DNA of 63,834 bases, filler included, from Calcarisporiella thermophila CBS 279.70 (taxonomy: Eukaryota; Fungi; Calcarisporiellomycota): NCBI RefSeq assembly GCF_041956535.1. It is 6 parts of 5 records of this genome, joined end to end, with 100 filler letters (N's around TTAATTAATTAA, not from the genome) between each part and the next. Parts side by side here need not be neighbours in the genome. Positions count along the whole stretch, not along the records: positions 12,568 to 21,989 come from NW_027192211.1; positions 22,090 to 26,033 come from NW_027192212.1; 4 more parts are not named here. One strand, given 5' to 3'. The notes beneath the pieces are model-generated. The model had not been told where the DNA came from. It did not search any database and saw only the letters and a program-made list of their open reading frames with translations. The translations under genes and the position numbers were made by a program. Within the stretch, counting starts at the first letter, position 1, and every line of letters begins with the position of its first letter. Of the stretch, positions 12,750 through 25,414 are shown piece after piece.

Positions 12750-13552
12750 AAGAGCTCTATGTTTTTTGGAATATTCCTGCTCACATAAAAAATACCGCGA
12801 TAATAATACTAGGGCGAAGATGAACCCTCCATGATATCTTCTTTTGCAGTTATCATTCAGCCCCGTCCGAAATTGGAGGAATACCCAAGCCACATGTCCT
12901 TGGACGCCAAATGTTTCATCATCTCCTTATAAAATTAGAGTGGGAAAGTTATTATAAAAAAACTGCAGAGCCTACACTTTTTTTAGGGATATGTGCATGC
13001 CATGTTTAACAAACAAAAGTTGGCGCTCTGGGAAGTTGAAGTTATAAAAAGTGCATTTCTACATAATTCAATATCTTACAATATAGCTACTAATTTGATC
13101 GATCATTATTTTCTCTTTTACTAGTGGTAGACTAGGGACCTACGTTTGTTTTGTTTGTGAATGCCATAGCATGAAACAGATAAAACACAAACGATAGTTT
13201 AATCCGGAGCCAGTAAAAAAGAGAAAAGTATTATTAATATACTCTTCAACAGTTTCATAGTTTGCCTGCGAATGTTATAACTTTAGAAAGCACAAAGGAA
13301 AGAGTATTAGATTTTCGATTTTTTAAGGGTATTAAGATTCTTAGTGGTGGATAGCTTTTTTACCTATTCGATCTATCCAAGGTTAAGACTTAATTTTTCC
13401 ATTCAATTGTTAAACAAGTAAACCTACATAATCATTACTGTAACGGCAAAGGAGTAACTCTGACGTCAATAAATTTCATACAAAACACTCCAACATTATA
13501 TTTACAAATATTTAAAATACTCTGCAATACACTCGAAAGGCTCATATCGGTA

Positions 13553-14100
13553 TTGTCACAAACGAATCCCACCGGGATCAAACTAAATGAAGCGACGACC
13601 CTTTGGTTTTCTTCGGAAGAGCCGTTCCGCTTCGTCAGGTTAAATACAATAGCGGGTTGGTTAACCTCCTTGTTACAAATAGCAGATGAAAACGCAACGG
13701 CACATGCGATCCGATCCTTGGGCGCTCACTTAGCAAGAAGAGCAGGAATCTCAGTCGAAGACATTGGCATGGTAGCTGTTGGAGAACGACCAGGCATGAT
13801 CTAAGTCTGGATAGTTGTTGTGTTACGACGGTTATTTCATACTTATACAAATATGTATAAGCAAGTATCTTATCATCATTATTAGTCATCATCTCCTATT
13901 CCATCATATATATAGGATGTGCTTTCTCTTTTGAATTCTCGAGTAGTGTGTGTTATTTGTGTTATCCCTTCTATCTGTCTTCTTTCCCTTTATTAATATA
14001 CTCTTAATCAGTTCCAACAGTAGCTAACTGGGCCAGTGGATCTACTTATGCACAACACTATCGCCGCGACGGACCACCTCCTTTTAATTTGTCGGAGAGG
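13553..14100 (+). pseudogene. Tyrosine recombinase C-terminal relic (DIRS-like element) split by a solo LTR
   Basis: Removing the LTR and one TSD copy gives TAHAIRSLGAHLARRAGISVEDIGMVANWASGSTYAQHYRR, which has the HxxR...W...Y catalytic pattern. Confidence 0.8.
13777..14019. mobile_element. Solo LTR (243 bp)
   Basis: TGTTGGA...TCCAACA termini with a GTAGC 5-bp TSD on both sides. Homologous to 45532-45807. Confidence 0.92.
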
Positions 14101-14166
14101 ATAATCGCGGTTTGAGGGCCTCTTTGGAGTGCCAAATGTGACCATTCTGGATGGTCGCAAGACAAT

Positions 14167-14493
14167 GGGCTGTTAGCTAAATGAAATGCAGGCTATACAT
14201 TCATTGTCTAAGATCACCCAGCATGCTACATTCCCGCCCATTTATATACTTAAAGATTTAGAACTTATTTAATATTTATGTTTACTTTTATCTTTTTATT
14301 TTGATACATATGTGATTTTAATTATTTCCCACCCTCTGGTTACCTTGTTCGCAAGTGGCCGAGGATTATTTACTGTTTGTTTAAGCTTTTATACTTTGCT
14401 GGTGGAGTAATAAAGTGGCGCAGTCAAATGTGAGCATGATGGATGATCTTAGACAATGAATGTATAGCCTGCATTTCATTTGGCTAACAGCCC
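14167..14493. mobile_element. MITE with about 65-bp TIRs (GGGCTGTTAG...CTAACAGCCC), possibly PIF/Harbinger-like
   Basis: Near-perfect TIRs, non-coding AT-rich core, flanks AAT/ATT. Confidence 0.8.
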
Positions 14494-15184
14494 ATTTTCT
14501 CGGTGGTAAAATATTTTTGCTCTGCCATGTTAATTCGATTTAATTTCAATACTCGAAGGACAGATTTGAAGATAAAAAAGAATAAACACACGAATTACTT
14601 GTGAATAAATTCCAACGGTACTGCTGCAGATTTGGCGATTATTTGATTGTAATAAAATGAAATACTCTGAATTAGTAAATATAATTAGTCTATATTTGGA
14701 AAATAGAAAACAGAATCGAATTTGCAGTGGGGTTGAAAAAAACCGCAAATGCGCTAGGCTTTTATAAATAGGTACTCCAGAAGATTTTCCGCGGAAGATA
14801 TTGAGCAACAACATATGTGGCTGGAGTAATAGGATAAAATAGAACGGGAAACTCAGAATAAAAGTCGCAAGATATAGCATCCTTCACTAATTGTGATATT
14901 ATGCTACTGAATCGGGTTATAAAACCTATTATAAGTTACAAATGTTTTGTCAGTGATTTACTTCTTAAATAAGTTGGACTCTTTACATCTATCGCTAAAT
15001 TTGGGGTTGAAAGAGCTATATTTTGAAAGAAAGCAAGTGGGAGAAGTTGAAAAATAAACTATGAATAACAATTAAACTTGGAAATTTTAGATAAGGCAAG
15101 TCTGATAGTGCATACTATCCGTCTACCATTTACCTATCTTTTTATCGAAGCTTGGCGAAAAAGAATGCAGCTGACATTCTTCTA

Positions 15185-16395
15185 TTACATGTCTTCTTCG
15201 GATGGTGAAGGAGCTTGATCGTGATATATATTCTCGCCATAAAACTTCATCTCGATATTTTCTCCCTTATTTACTTGGGTTTCATTATTTAGGCATATTA
15301 TTGAACTGTTTTGTGACTGGGGTTGGGTTTGAAAGTGTAGGGTACTGAGCCTATCTGAGTACTTGAGATTGAAATGGGAACGTTTTTGAGATCTGGACTG
15401 AGGCTGAGTTTTAGTATTGCTGCCGAGTAAGACATTAGAATGTATGTAGTAGGTTTCTGAAATGATCTCGAATGCAGAAATAGAGAGGAGGGCCCCTAGT
15501 GAAAAACATCATCAATAATTTTCCGTAAGTTCTTGAAAAATTTGCAATTCCTGGTAGGCTATGTAGTATTTACAGTAAAAGTTGTACGGTAAGATAGATA
15601 TTGTCTGCGAGTTTTCATTCACACCAATAGAGATTGCATATCCTACCAAAATAATAGTTGAGGCCAGAGTTGTACAAGCTAAATATATGTACAGGTATAT
15701 GGAATTCCATTGCTTTGTGCTTTCAGGCTGCGTTTTCTGAAAACATACGATTAGTAGACCCGCGAATATGACTAGAGATATCGTGATTTCTAAACCCAGT
15801 ACTATAATGAACTCATATGGCATCCGCAGCGTTAGACAAAGATCAAGTGGTCTATTTAGTTGCGTATTAAAGGATTTTATGGACGGGTATAGAGCGATTG
15901 ATTTTACTGCCAGAACAATAAATACTGTAATTGCCGCAAGAATAATTTGCATTCTTGATTTTATGATCCGACAGAGTACTACATAAGTCAACAACGATTG
16001 TGCAATTAATGTGATGACTTCGCTTGCCGCAAGGAATAGAATTGTCTGAAGGCTACAAGAGGCAATAGGATTCCTTATCAGGATATGCCTTGCGAAGCCA
16101 GTAGCAGAAATTGCAATTCCCACAACGGATGCTAACATACAAGATGCGTGAAGGAGCCGATGAGAAGCAACCGTAACGAACCGAATTGACTTAAGGAATG
16201 TGACCAAGAACAGTATAAACATGCTCTAGCAAAAGTACATTTTTTAGCTTCCGGCTTGTTAAAGAGACAAGTGGATAACATCTCATAATCTTCAAAGAGT
16301 TTTTAAAGAAATACCAAATTAATAGACGCACTTACCACAAGAATGAGCGTATCTGCATTCAATTCGTAGGCAAGTCGCTTAGGAATGGAGATCAT
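15185..16395 (-). CDS. Orphan multi-pass (about 7TM) membrane protein, GPCR-like
   Basis: Three exons assembled by eye (MISIPKRLAYE.../SMFILF...NFY/WALLSIS...EEDM*). About 7 hydrophobic segments, loop cysteines and a Ser/Gln-rich C-tail. Confidence 0.7.
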
Positions 16396-17551
16396 TTGAA
16401 TGTTTGGTTTTGACTCGTCCATCTTGTTTATATCTAAGGAGTTTATAGATGAATTGTATGGTAGTTGGAAAGAATAGAAACCACGGATATCGCACCGGAA
16501 CGAGGTAGATTTGACTGAAATATTGAGATTTAGAGTCTTTAGATTTGAATTTCGTGTATTGCATGTTAAAGTCTGTGAAACATTTAATGGACCTTAACCT
16601 TACATTTCTTCATCAAAGTTTCAAGTCAAAGCCATGTTTGTGATAAACCTATTCCGAGAGCAAATCTTGGCTCAGCCTAATAGCTTTTGCGGGAAATAAT
16701 TGCATTGACGAGGTCTTTCGAATGATTAAACAATATAAGCTCCACAAAATCAACTAATATTCTTTACTCAATAAGCTCAAAGCTTTCTCTATATACGCCA
16801 TTTTGTCGCACAGGTATCCCTGATGGAACAGCATCCATTTCACTCGGGCGTGGAGAGGTTTCGACTTGGTCTAGTTGGCTGTTTTAAATTTTCTTCAGGG
16901 AGGTATCTGGTAATAAGATACCAGAGTGGTTTAGACATGTAGGGGGTATGTTTGGAGGCTTGTTGGAAGACTAGCAAAACTTCATATTACAGCGTCTTCC
17001 ACAGTGTGTGAGTCTGCTTGAAGTATCTAGGAAACTCAGGAATATGGCGTATCCGAGAACAAACTTTTTAACATGAGTAATATAGTTACGTGTTTCACTA
17101 CAATTGACGAAATACGTTGTTTCAGAAAAATATTGCGATGGTTTCCAAGGAGTCAGAGGTACCAGTAATAGTCTAATATTACTGCATTTATTAGTGTTTG
17201 GATTGTAGTTCATTTATACGGAATGCTTTACAGGACGCATGTTTGTCAGACCCATGGAGCAAATGATATTTAAATCAGTGCATGTGGGTTCAATATACTT
17301 TTCAAGAGTTTTGTAGTTAGAATAAGGTCATTGAGGTTTCTTCGGATTGAAAGTTCATTCCTGTTCATTTCGCTCTATTTATTTACGTGGTTATTCTCGA
17401 TTAAAGCATACTTTGTGTACTGAATAAGCAAGTATCATCGAGGTTCGTTTCTCTAAGTTTGACCACTCATAATATATACTGTAATATCAAGTTGCACCCC
17501 ATGTATTAATGTAAAGGAAAATCTATTGTACATCACGATTAAATTTGACAC

Positions 17552-18600
17552 TTAGGCACGATTAATCGAATTTTCAAATGCACTAGGGCGCGAAGGGTAT
17601 CTTGTCTTATGCTCCTTAATGGAAAGTTGAAGTCTCACAAGATTGGCTGACAAACAGGCTAAAGGATTTTTTAGTACTATAATATCAGTAGAGTAATCCT
17701 TATTTACTTACGCGTTCCAATAGCCAGTACCGAAATAATAGGTAGGTCGATTTTAATGATGATCAGAGAGTTAACAATGATCTCCGTGATACTTATTGCA
17801 ATGAAGAAGAAGAGGCCATCCCGGTATACACGCATCAAAACTTGGTTACTATATGCTTTCAAATACCCTCGAAGAGGAATAATAAAGCATAACGAGAGGT
17901 ATCCGAATTTTATAATAGCAGAAATGAGGCGGAAGAGTAGCGGAAAACTCCCTATTCTGAAAACAGGGTAACAGCTCCCATAGCTACATTCGGGAATGAA
18001 TATAACAAAGTGGTTTTAATATATAACATTGCCCTCTTAGAAGTAATATTGGGCCATAGTATTTTCCTAAGTCGAGGTAAATATTGAACTTACGGAGACA
18101 CATGGGCGGTTTGGGTGAAAATCATTGAGCAGATCGCAGCCAACATCGTTAGCTCGCATACGATCCCCCCAGCAAGCACAAGTCTCGATCTTCTTGCATG
18201 TATAGCCGTTGCTTTCACTAGCAATACTAGGCCGCAGAAGAGATCAGCCCCATATACCGAGAGCATTGTCAAGGGGTTAATGAATTGGCAAGCATCTGTT
18301 ACCCCTAGATAGGGTAGAATAGTTAGAATAACCCCGAGAGTGCTGACGGAAGCAAGTGCAAGGCTCAGAGTAGTGGTTAGATTACGGCGACGAAGAAAGA
18401 GCTTGATCGAAAGAATTAGATTTCGGGAAAGGAGGGAACCAAAAAGACCATACAAAAAAAGCTTGAAGTGCAAGATTATTCAAGTTAATACTTGGCTCAC
18501 CAGAATATGGAGAACAATCAATACTTACCGACCAAACCAGTTGATCATAGGCATATGCCGGGAACATGAAAGAGTCCGTGATGCTAGGTGGTGTATCCAT
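17552..18600 (-). CDS. Orphan multi-pass (about 7TM) membrane protein, GPCR-like
   Basis: Four exons starting MDTPPSITDS. Hydrophobic helices, Cys in two loops, and a VYRDGLFFF motif before a late helix. Confidence 0.68.
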
Positions 18601-19244
18601 TGTGTGGAATAGAAACTTGTTTAAAATGAGGTCGAGAAAAATTTGGGGTTGAATGAGGCGCTTGGATTGAAATAGTTAAAGTTGATTAAGATTTTGCCAA
18701 ATTGTACAAGGTGTCAATAAAGTTTCACTCCATTTCGGTCAAATTCAATTTACAGAAATAGATAGCATGGTTCATTTAAAATAAATTCTAGTCGAAATAT
18801 TGTAGACCCATTGGATATATATAGACGTCTTCTTATAATTCAAGTGCAGACCACATGCGATTGCTAGGTTGTTATAGTGCTCTATATAGAGTAAGAAGAC
18901 CAAAAATTTCATCTCCTAGTTGCACGACATGTTCCGCGGAATTGTTGAGTTTAACAAATATAACTTTGGGATCAATCAAGTGACCAGATATATTATCAAC
19001 TTTGTATACTTGTGGTAATTCCGCAACTTTTGTTTGAATCAGTGTTTGGAATAGAAGCCTTAGGTAGAAGCGACAAGGCATTCAACGGCGAGGGCTCCCA
19101 TTTTTGACTTTTCGGTCTTCCAATCTTTACCGTGTAACGTATTGGTTGTTGTAACCCTTCTCACCTCTAATTTTCTTATATAGTTCCTCCTTTCTTGCAG
19201 TTTCTGCTCGGCCTTGTTTTTTTCTTTTTGTTTATATTTTAATC

Positions 19245-21412
19245 ATGGTTATCCACAGAATATTACTAATTTTAGCATTCAGTATATCTGTTTTATCATC
19301 AGGTAATTCTATATTTTCCAGCTGAGGAACCAAATTTAACAAACCACTTTGATCTTGCTAGATATCGAGATAATCTCGCCAACTGCCAAAGATATACTCC
19401 ATTTTGGTCGGCTGACAAATATTCATGTGCGGTACAACTCTCATCCCAGGAGTTCACTCATTTTCGAACATGCACCCTGCGGGTCTACAATACGCTCCCT
19501 TCATGACACTATTGGTACAGTGAATATTGACGACCTCAAAGCAGAAGCTTCTAAGAAATTTGTCTGGCATATCCCCAAATCTTCAACAATAACTACCTCA
19601 CATTGTATTCAACTCTGGGATGCTTCGGGGAAACTGATCAGCGAATCGGAGCCATTGAAGCTTGTCCACGATTTCGATAAACGACGCATCGGGATACAGA
19701 AAAATCGCCACTATAATGTAGCAGATCATTATATGAAGCGGCATTTTGCATCTAAAGATTTAAAAGAGATTAAAATCGGTATAGTTGGCGCTGGTATGGC
19801 TGGGCTTTTCTCTGCAATGCTTCTGGATAGCGTTGGTGTAAATTACGAAATACTCGAAGGCTCTGGACGATTGGGTGGTCGTGTTCACACTGAGTATTTT
19901 GGAGAGGATGAAAACGAGTATGCGGAGCTAGGCGCCATGCGTCTTCCATACAAATGGCAATTTGGCGATAAGGAAGTGCCCGTTCAAGGACATGAAATTG
20001 TACTGAGATTGATCGATTACGTGAACGAAATGGTTAAAAAGAAGGAGAAACTCAAGCTAATTGACTATATCAACTCCGATAAAAAGTAAGCGATGCTGTT
20101 TTAGAATTGTGTTTTTTGGTATAATTACTCGGCTAAAATTGTTATTTTTGCATTTGTTAGCAATCTTTATTATTTCAATGGCGTTAAGGGCAAGAATGGC
20201 AGAGTTTTTACCCAGGGGGAGGCCGCTAGCGACCCTGTAAAAGCCGGCTTTCCAAAAGAGCTATTGCGCGAAGGAAATTACAACCAGCTCTTGGGTAAAA
20301 CCATAGCACCTTTGATTCAGGAATTTGCAATTGATTATTATTCGGCTCGTGAAAAACTTAACGCCAAAGGTTACAACGATTACAGCCTTGGCTTATGGAT
20401 GCGTACCAAGCTGAATCTCACGTGGAATGTGATCGATTTCCTTGAGATTGCCGCCATGCCACAGGGTGCAGTATTGCAGGATATTGAGAATATTGCGAGC
20501 GAATTCTATGCCTTTTCAGCAAGTAAATTCGTAACGATTAAAGGAGGAATGGGAAAATTGCCGAATACGATGGGAAGGATTATTAAAGGCAAGATTCGCA
20601 ACAAGGCCAAAGTGATTAAGATCGAAACTGGCAAGAACGATGTAACCTTGTCGTATCTTCACCATGAAGGAAGGTCGCAAAAGAAATATAATTACGCAAT
20701 CGTCACTGCACCATTTTCAGTAGTTCGTAATTGGGAATTACCAAGTAAGGGCTTTGCTAATCCCGGTTCTCTTGTATTTTCCTACTAGACGGGGAACTGA
20801 TTGTTTTAACCGCTTTCAGGATTCTCATGGGTTCTCCGTCGTGCGATTGACTCGATGCCTTATGTCGAAGCATGCAAGGTCTATCTAAAATTCACCAAGC
20901 CTTTCTGGGAGGAAGGAGATCGACCCATAAAAGGAGGATGTAGCACCACTGATTTGCCTGTCAAGCAGGTGTGCTATCCACGACAAAGCAGTAAAAATGG
21001 TATTCTTCTCGGCGCTTATCTTTTTGATCGTGCTGCAAATGGATTCGCCTCTATTCCTGAGAAGGAGCTTAAGGAGATGGTACTTAACAATTTAGAGAAG
21101 TTACATGGCCAGCCAGTACGCAAAACCTTCACCGGCGATTGGAAACATAAATGCTATTTAAACGACGAATTTGCGGCTGGTGCATTTTCTTTTATGGCCG
21201 TCGGTCAACATGAACGTTTTATCCCGGAGATATTCAGGTTAGAACAAAATGTTGCATTTGCAGGAGAGCATACCGATTTTAAGGGAGGATGGGTTGCAAG
21301 TGCACTACAGTCAGCAGCTCGTGCTGTGGTCTCAATTCTAGTAGATATGGGCCATGTGGACAAAGCCAAAAAAATCGTAAAAGACTGGGACCTATTTTGG
21401 CTACATATCTAA
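19245..21412 (+). CDS. Secreted flavin-containing amine oxidase / L-amino-acid oxidase-like protein with an N-terminal extra domain
   Basis: Signal-peptide exon MVIHRILLILAFSISVLSS. Motifs IGIVGAGMAGL, GRLGGRV, ELGAMR and FAGEH...GWVASALQSA. Three introns. Confidence 0.92.
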
Positions 21413-22089
21413 TATTTCGTATCAGTTTGTACTAGTGAAGATTATCAGCGTACCTATGTGAAAGATATTTATGCAGTTACTATTAATGATGCTTCATTCA
21501 TACCCTAGTATTAATTTTATTCCTAATAGCGGTGCCTTTTTAGAGCTACATATTAATTATATACTCGAGTAAAGCGCGTATAAATACAAGTGATAATGTA
21601 ATGTAGACAAGGATATCCTATCGGATAAGCCTAATAAACAGAGGTTCATAGGGTAAAAATGTCCGAAAATTTTTTTTTTCAAAAAAATTGGCCAAGTATC
21701 TTAGAAATTTTTTTCAAAATTCCTTTGCAGGAGGGTGGCTTATTAATATTCTTGATTTCATAGTGTACGTCATCATGAATTTTCCTCTTATTTGATAAAA
21801 GAGATATACAGTATATATATAGTATGCCGCACGAAGGTATATGAAATTAAAGTGTTTTTCTTATTGCTCTTATTGTTCTTTTATCCCATGAAGTATAACA
21901 ATGATGATTTATATTATAATAATATAATATAAAGGCAATAACATTTCATAATTATCATAAAACTTTAAACGAAAATTTTCCGAGAGTGTNNNNNNNNNNN
22001 NNNNNNNNNNNNNNNNNNNNNNNNNNNNNNNNNTTAATTAATTAANNNNNNNNNNNNNNNNNNNNNNNNNNNNNNNNNNNNNNNNNNNN

Positions 22090-22358
22090 CTCTTAGTTTG
22101 TGACTGCTGTCCACTTGATCAGAAGCTGAGTCTACATTATTGAAAAGACCGCCCTTACGATAAGTACAAAGATTACATCGGTTTCACGTACAAGCTATTC
22201 ACGACAACTACGATCCACGCAAATCGATTGAACGCCTATCTATCAAGGACCTATATCTCGTCATGTTAAGTCTCTCGTCATGTTAAGTCCATTGACATTA
22301 ACTTCATGTAATATATGGAAATTAAATAAAAAGTTTCCATTGATTGATCAAAAAATAA
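22090..22358 (+). mobile_element. SINE-like repeat body and tail (5' end lost in linker)
   Basis: Homologous to the reverse complement of 63605-63834 and to 63230-63318. Ends GGAAATTAAATAAAAAGTTTCCATTGA..A-rich. Contains an internal 17-nt tandem duplication. Confidence 0.75.
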
Positions 22359-22406
22359 TATTTATGTCTTATTGGTCTGGAGTCCCCGGAGCTTAACCAT
22401 TGTTTT

Positions 22407-22434
22407 CTGGGTTCGATTCCCGGTTACTGCACCA
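22407..22434 (+). pseudogene. tRNA 3' fragment (T-arm, acceptor strand, CCA), Gly-like
   Basis: CTGGGTTCGATTCCCGGTTACTGCACCA, with no matching 5' half. Confidence 0.6.
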
Positions 22435-23466
22435 GAGCTGGTGATTGATCGGGACATATTCTAGGAATTGAGCTATAAGCTATTTTGTTACAACTTCTCC
22501 GAAATGCAGTAAAATGTGTCTATGAAATTCTTCCATATTTACTTCTTAATCTGTATCTTTCTCGGTACAAGCCAAATCCTCTCTACAAGGCTGGCCAGGA
22601 GCATTACCTGAGTGATTTTGACGTAGAAGTCTACCCTTCCATTCCCTTCAGATAAAAAATTGTCAAGCGGATGTAATAAAAATACATCAAAGGGAAAATT
22701 TTTTTCCCTTTTTCCTTCTCCAACTTCCAGATCCTTCAAGATAGACCAGGAGCATTACGTGGGTGTTTTTGACGTAGAAGCTACCCTATCTTGTTAACAG
22801 GATAAGATATTTTACAATAAATGTTCTTTGTTAAAAAAAAAACTCCGAATAGAGTAGGCGACACCCGTCCTAGAGGGTTTGCCAGGTTTTTATCAAGACT
22901 CAATCGCTATCAAGATTATAGCAACAAGCATTAATATCATTTGGTTATAAAAATAGGCATCAAAATTCTTAGGGGAAATCCAAACGTAAAAATTGGAGAC
23001 AAGTAGCACATAAGTAACCTTGATATGGAAATCTAACTTTCTATTTCCTCCAGATGATATTATCAGCAGAGCGCATAAATAACTTCCAAAGGAGGATAAA
23101 AAATGAAGTGATATTCTCCTGTCTTTAATACTTTTCACCTCAAGTAGCTAGTATGATGTAAAATATTATATTTTAATATATCACTTATTTGTTATTTTAT
23201 TCAATAATTGATCGAAAAAATTATGAAAAAAGAATGCCGAGTTAAAAATTTTGATATATGAGTCGCTCCACTGAGGAAAAAGAAAATAGGCAATCGAATA
23301 TACTACATTGGGGAAAAAAATACATTTTCGTATTAAAGTTTACGATATGCGCCTAACACAAGTAAGAATACCAGACTTATAATTGTAGGGTGAAAATTTT
23401 ATTAGGTAAATATGCTTGAACATGGCCATCAAAACTACCTTTCCGACTAAAAGAGAATTCATTATT

Positions 23467-24314
23467 TCACATGACTTTACAGCAACTCTTGGTTCCTTTC
23501 TCAGCTCCATCTTCAGCTCGAAAATGCGTTTGATTCGCGTTTTGTCGTGCATTGGTTAAGTTCTTGTTATACTGTCGGATTTCCCGTACTAGATCGTAAA
23601 ATGCATTATCGACGTTGATCCGCTCCTTAGCCGAAGACTCTAGGAATGGACAATGGAAATGTTTGGCGAGCTCTTGGCCCTCTGCCACCAAGAAGATTGG
23701 AAACCCATTTGATTAAAGTCGAATTAGACGAAGGAGTCAAATATGACGTTACCATAGAGAGATACCTGTCGCTCCTCGGCCAAGTCACATTTGTTACCCA
23801 CCACTATCATCGGAAAATACTCTTTGTCTTTAACCCGTAGAATTTGCTGATAAAAGGTGGAGATTTCCTCAAAGGTTGTCCGAGAAGTAATGGAATAAAC
23901 GAGGAGGAAACCCTCGCCGGTGCGCATATATTGTTCGCGCATGGCGCTGTATTCCTCTATAAAAAAATTAAGGATGGTTGTCAGAGATTTAAGTTGAAGC
24001 GAGCTAGCACGCTTGCACCGACCACTGCGCTATTGGGGGTGAATAGTTACCTTGTCCAGCGGTATCTAGCACGTCAAGCAATGCAATTTCATCATCAATT
24101 ACGCATTGCTTGCGATAGAAATCTTCGATGGTTGGGTCATATTCATCAACAAAATGACTTTGAATAAACTGGATAGTCAGAGCTGATTTGCCAACCCCTA
24201 GATAGGTGGGAATACGAGTTAGAGGAAGAAGCCTCCAAGACTTGAAGGCCGTACTTTACCGCCACCACCCACCACCACTAACTTATATTCACGCAAAAAC
24301 TGTGCTTTTGACAT
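23467..24314 (-). CDS. RAS1: Ras small GTPase
   Basis: [45 protein letters not shown] and C-terminal CCKVM (CAAX). Intron-containing. Confidence 0.96.
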
Positions 24315-24685
24315 TTTTAGGGTATTGATTAGAAACAGAAACGGTTGGGTGTAAAGCTGGTATACTATGCAATGGTCTTTATGAGGTGGGCAAAGGGCCA
24401 CACAAGCGAATAGACACAAAAAAAAACAATAGCTATGTATATATATAATTAGTTAGATGGATAGATATTTGCATCTATGATAAAGCGATTGAAATTATAA
24501 ACTCTTGTAAGTTAGTAAATAATAAAAAGGGCCAGAGGTATTGACAAGATCATAAAGACAGGAAAAAAAACCGGTAATTCAATGCATGACACACGTTTGA
24601 GTATTCCAAAAATATCAATTTGAACTTTTTTCAATCTCTCGTTTATATTCAAGTTTATTATTATTATTAGAATTATATACTGCTG

Positions 24686-25414
24686 ATGTCAATACATCGT
24701 GATATTGCTTACACACCGGCCAATAATCCACATCAGACTCTTGATCTTTATCTCGGATTACCATCATCTCCACTCGTTGTTTATGTTCATGGAGGTGCAT
24801 GGCGCACGGGAGATAAGAGCGAATTTCAAGATCTCGGGGAATATTTGCAAGGGAAAGGATTGACTATTGCCATTGTTAATTATCGATTGAGTCCACGATC
24901 TGGCAATGGAATCAAACATCCTGCTCATCTTGAGGATTTGCTTGCTGCATTGGAATTTCTGGCCTCTCATCGTGATGTATATGGCTATTCGGAGGAGCTG
25001 TATCTCATAGGACACTCTGCGGGTGCACACATGGCATTGATGGGATACAAATATGTGAAGGGTGTACGTGCAGTAATGGGCATCGCGGGAATTTATGATA
25101 TCCAAAGAATGCTGGAAAAATACCCCTCCTATATTGATTTTGTAGAGGGGGCATTTGGAAAGCGCGAGGAGTATTTTAGCTTGAGTCCACGGAGCCAACA
25201 GCCAACAAAAGATGTGAAATACCTAATCGTGCATAGCCCTGGTGATGAACTCTTATCCATGGATCTTTCCATTGATTACTTTGAACATTTGAAAGAAAAC
25301 GGAGTCAATGTGAAATTTGAATCTGATGTCCAAGGTGGGCACGATGAAATGCTGCATACAACTGAATTCTTTCAAGTAGTTGTGGAGTTTGTGCAAAGAT
25401 CCCAACATCAATAG
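24686..25414 (+). CDS. Alpha/beta hydrolase, kynurenine formamidase-like
   Basis: HGGAW oxyanion motif, GHSAG nucleophile, and Asp/His candidates (GDELL, GGHD). Confidence 0.88.
   Translation: MSIHRDIAYTPANNPHQTLDLYLGLPSSPLVVYVHGGAWRTGDKSEFQDLGEYLQGKGLTIAIVNYRLSPRSGNGIKHPAHLEDLLAALEFLASHRDVYGYSEELYLIGHSAGAHMALMGYKYVKGVRAVMGIAGIYDIQRMLEKYPSYIDFVEGAFGKREEYFSLSPRSQQPTKDVKYLIVHSPGDELLSMDLSIDYFEHLKENGVNVKFESDVQGGHDEMLHTTEFFQVVVEFVQRSQHQ

Noticed and set aside
14530-14880. 116-aa hydrophobic ORF and similar short AT-rich or antisense ORFs in the track
   Set aside because: Their composition is typical of random AT-rich DNA or of shadows of real genes on the opposite strand.
19245-25414. Amine oxidase plus kynurenine formamidase as a tryptophan catabolic cluster
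   Set aside because: The genes are on different contigs separated by a linker, and their substrates are unproven.
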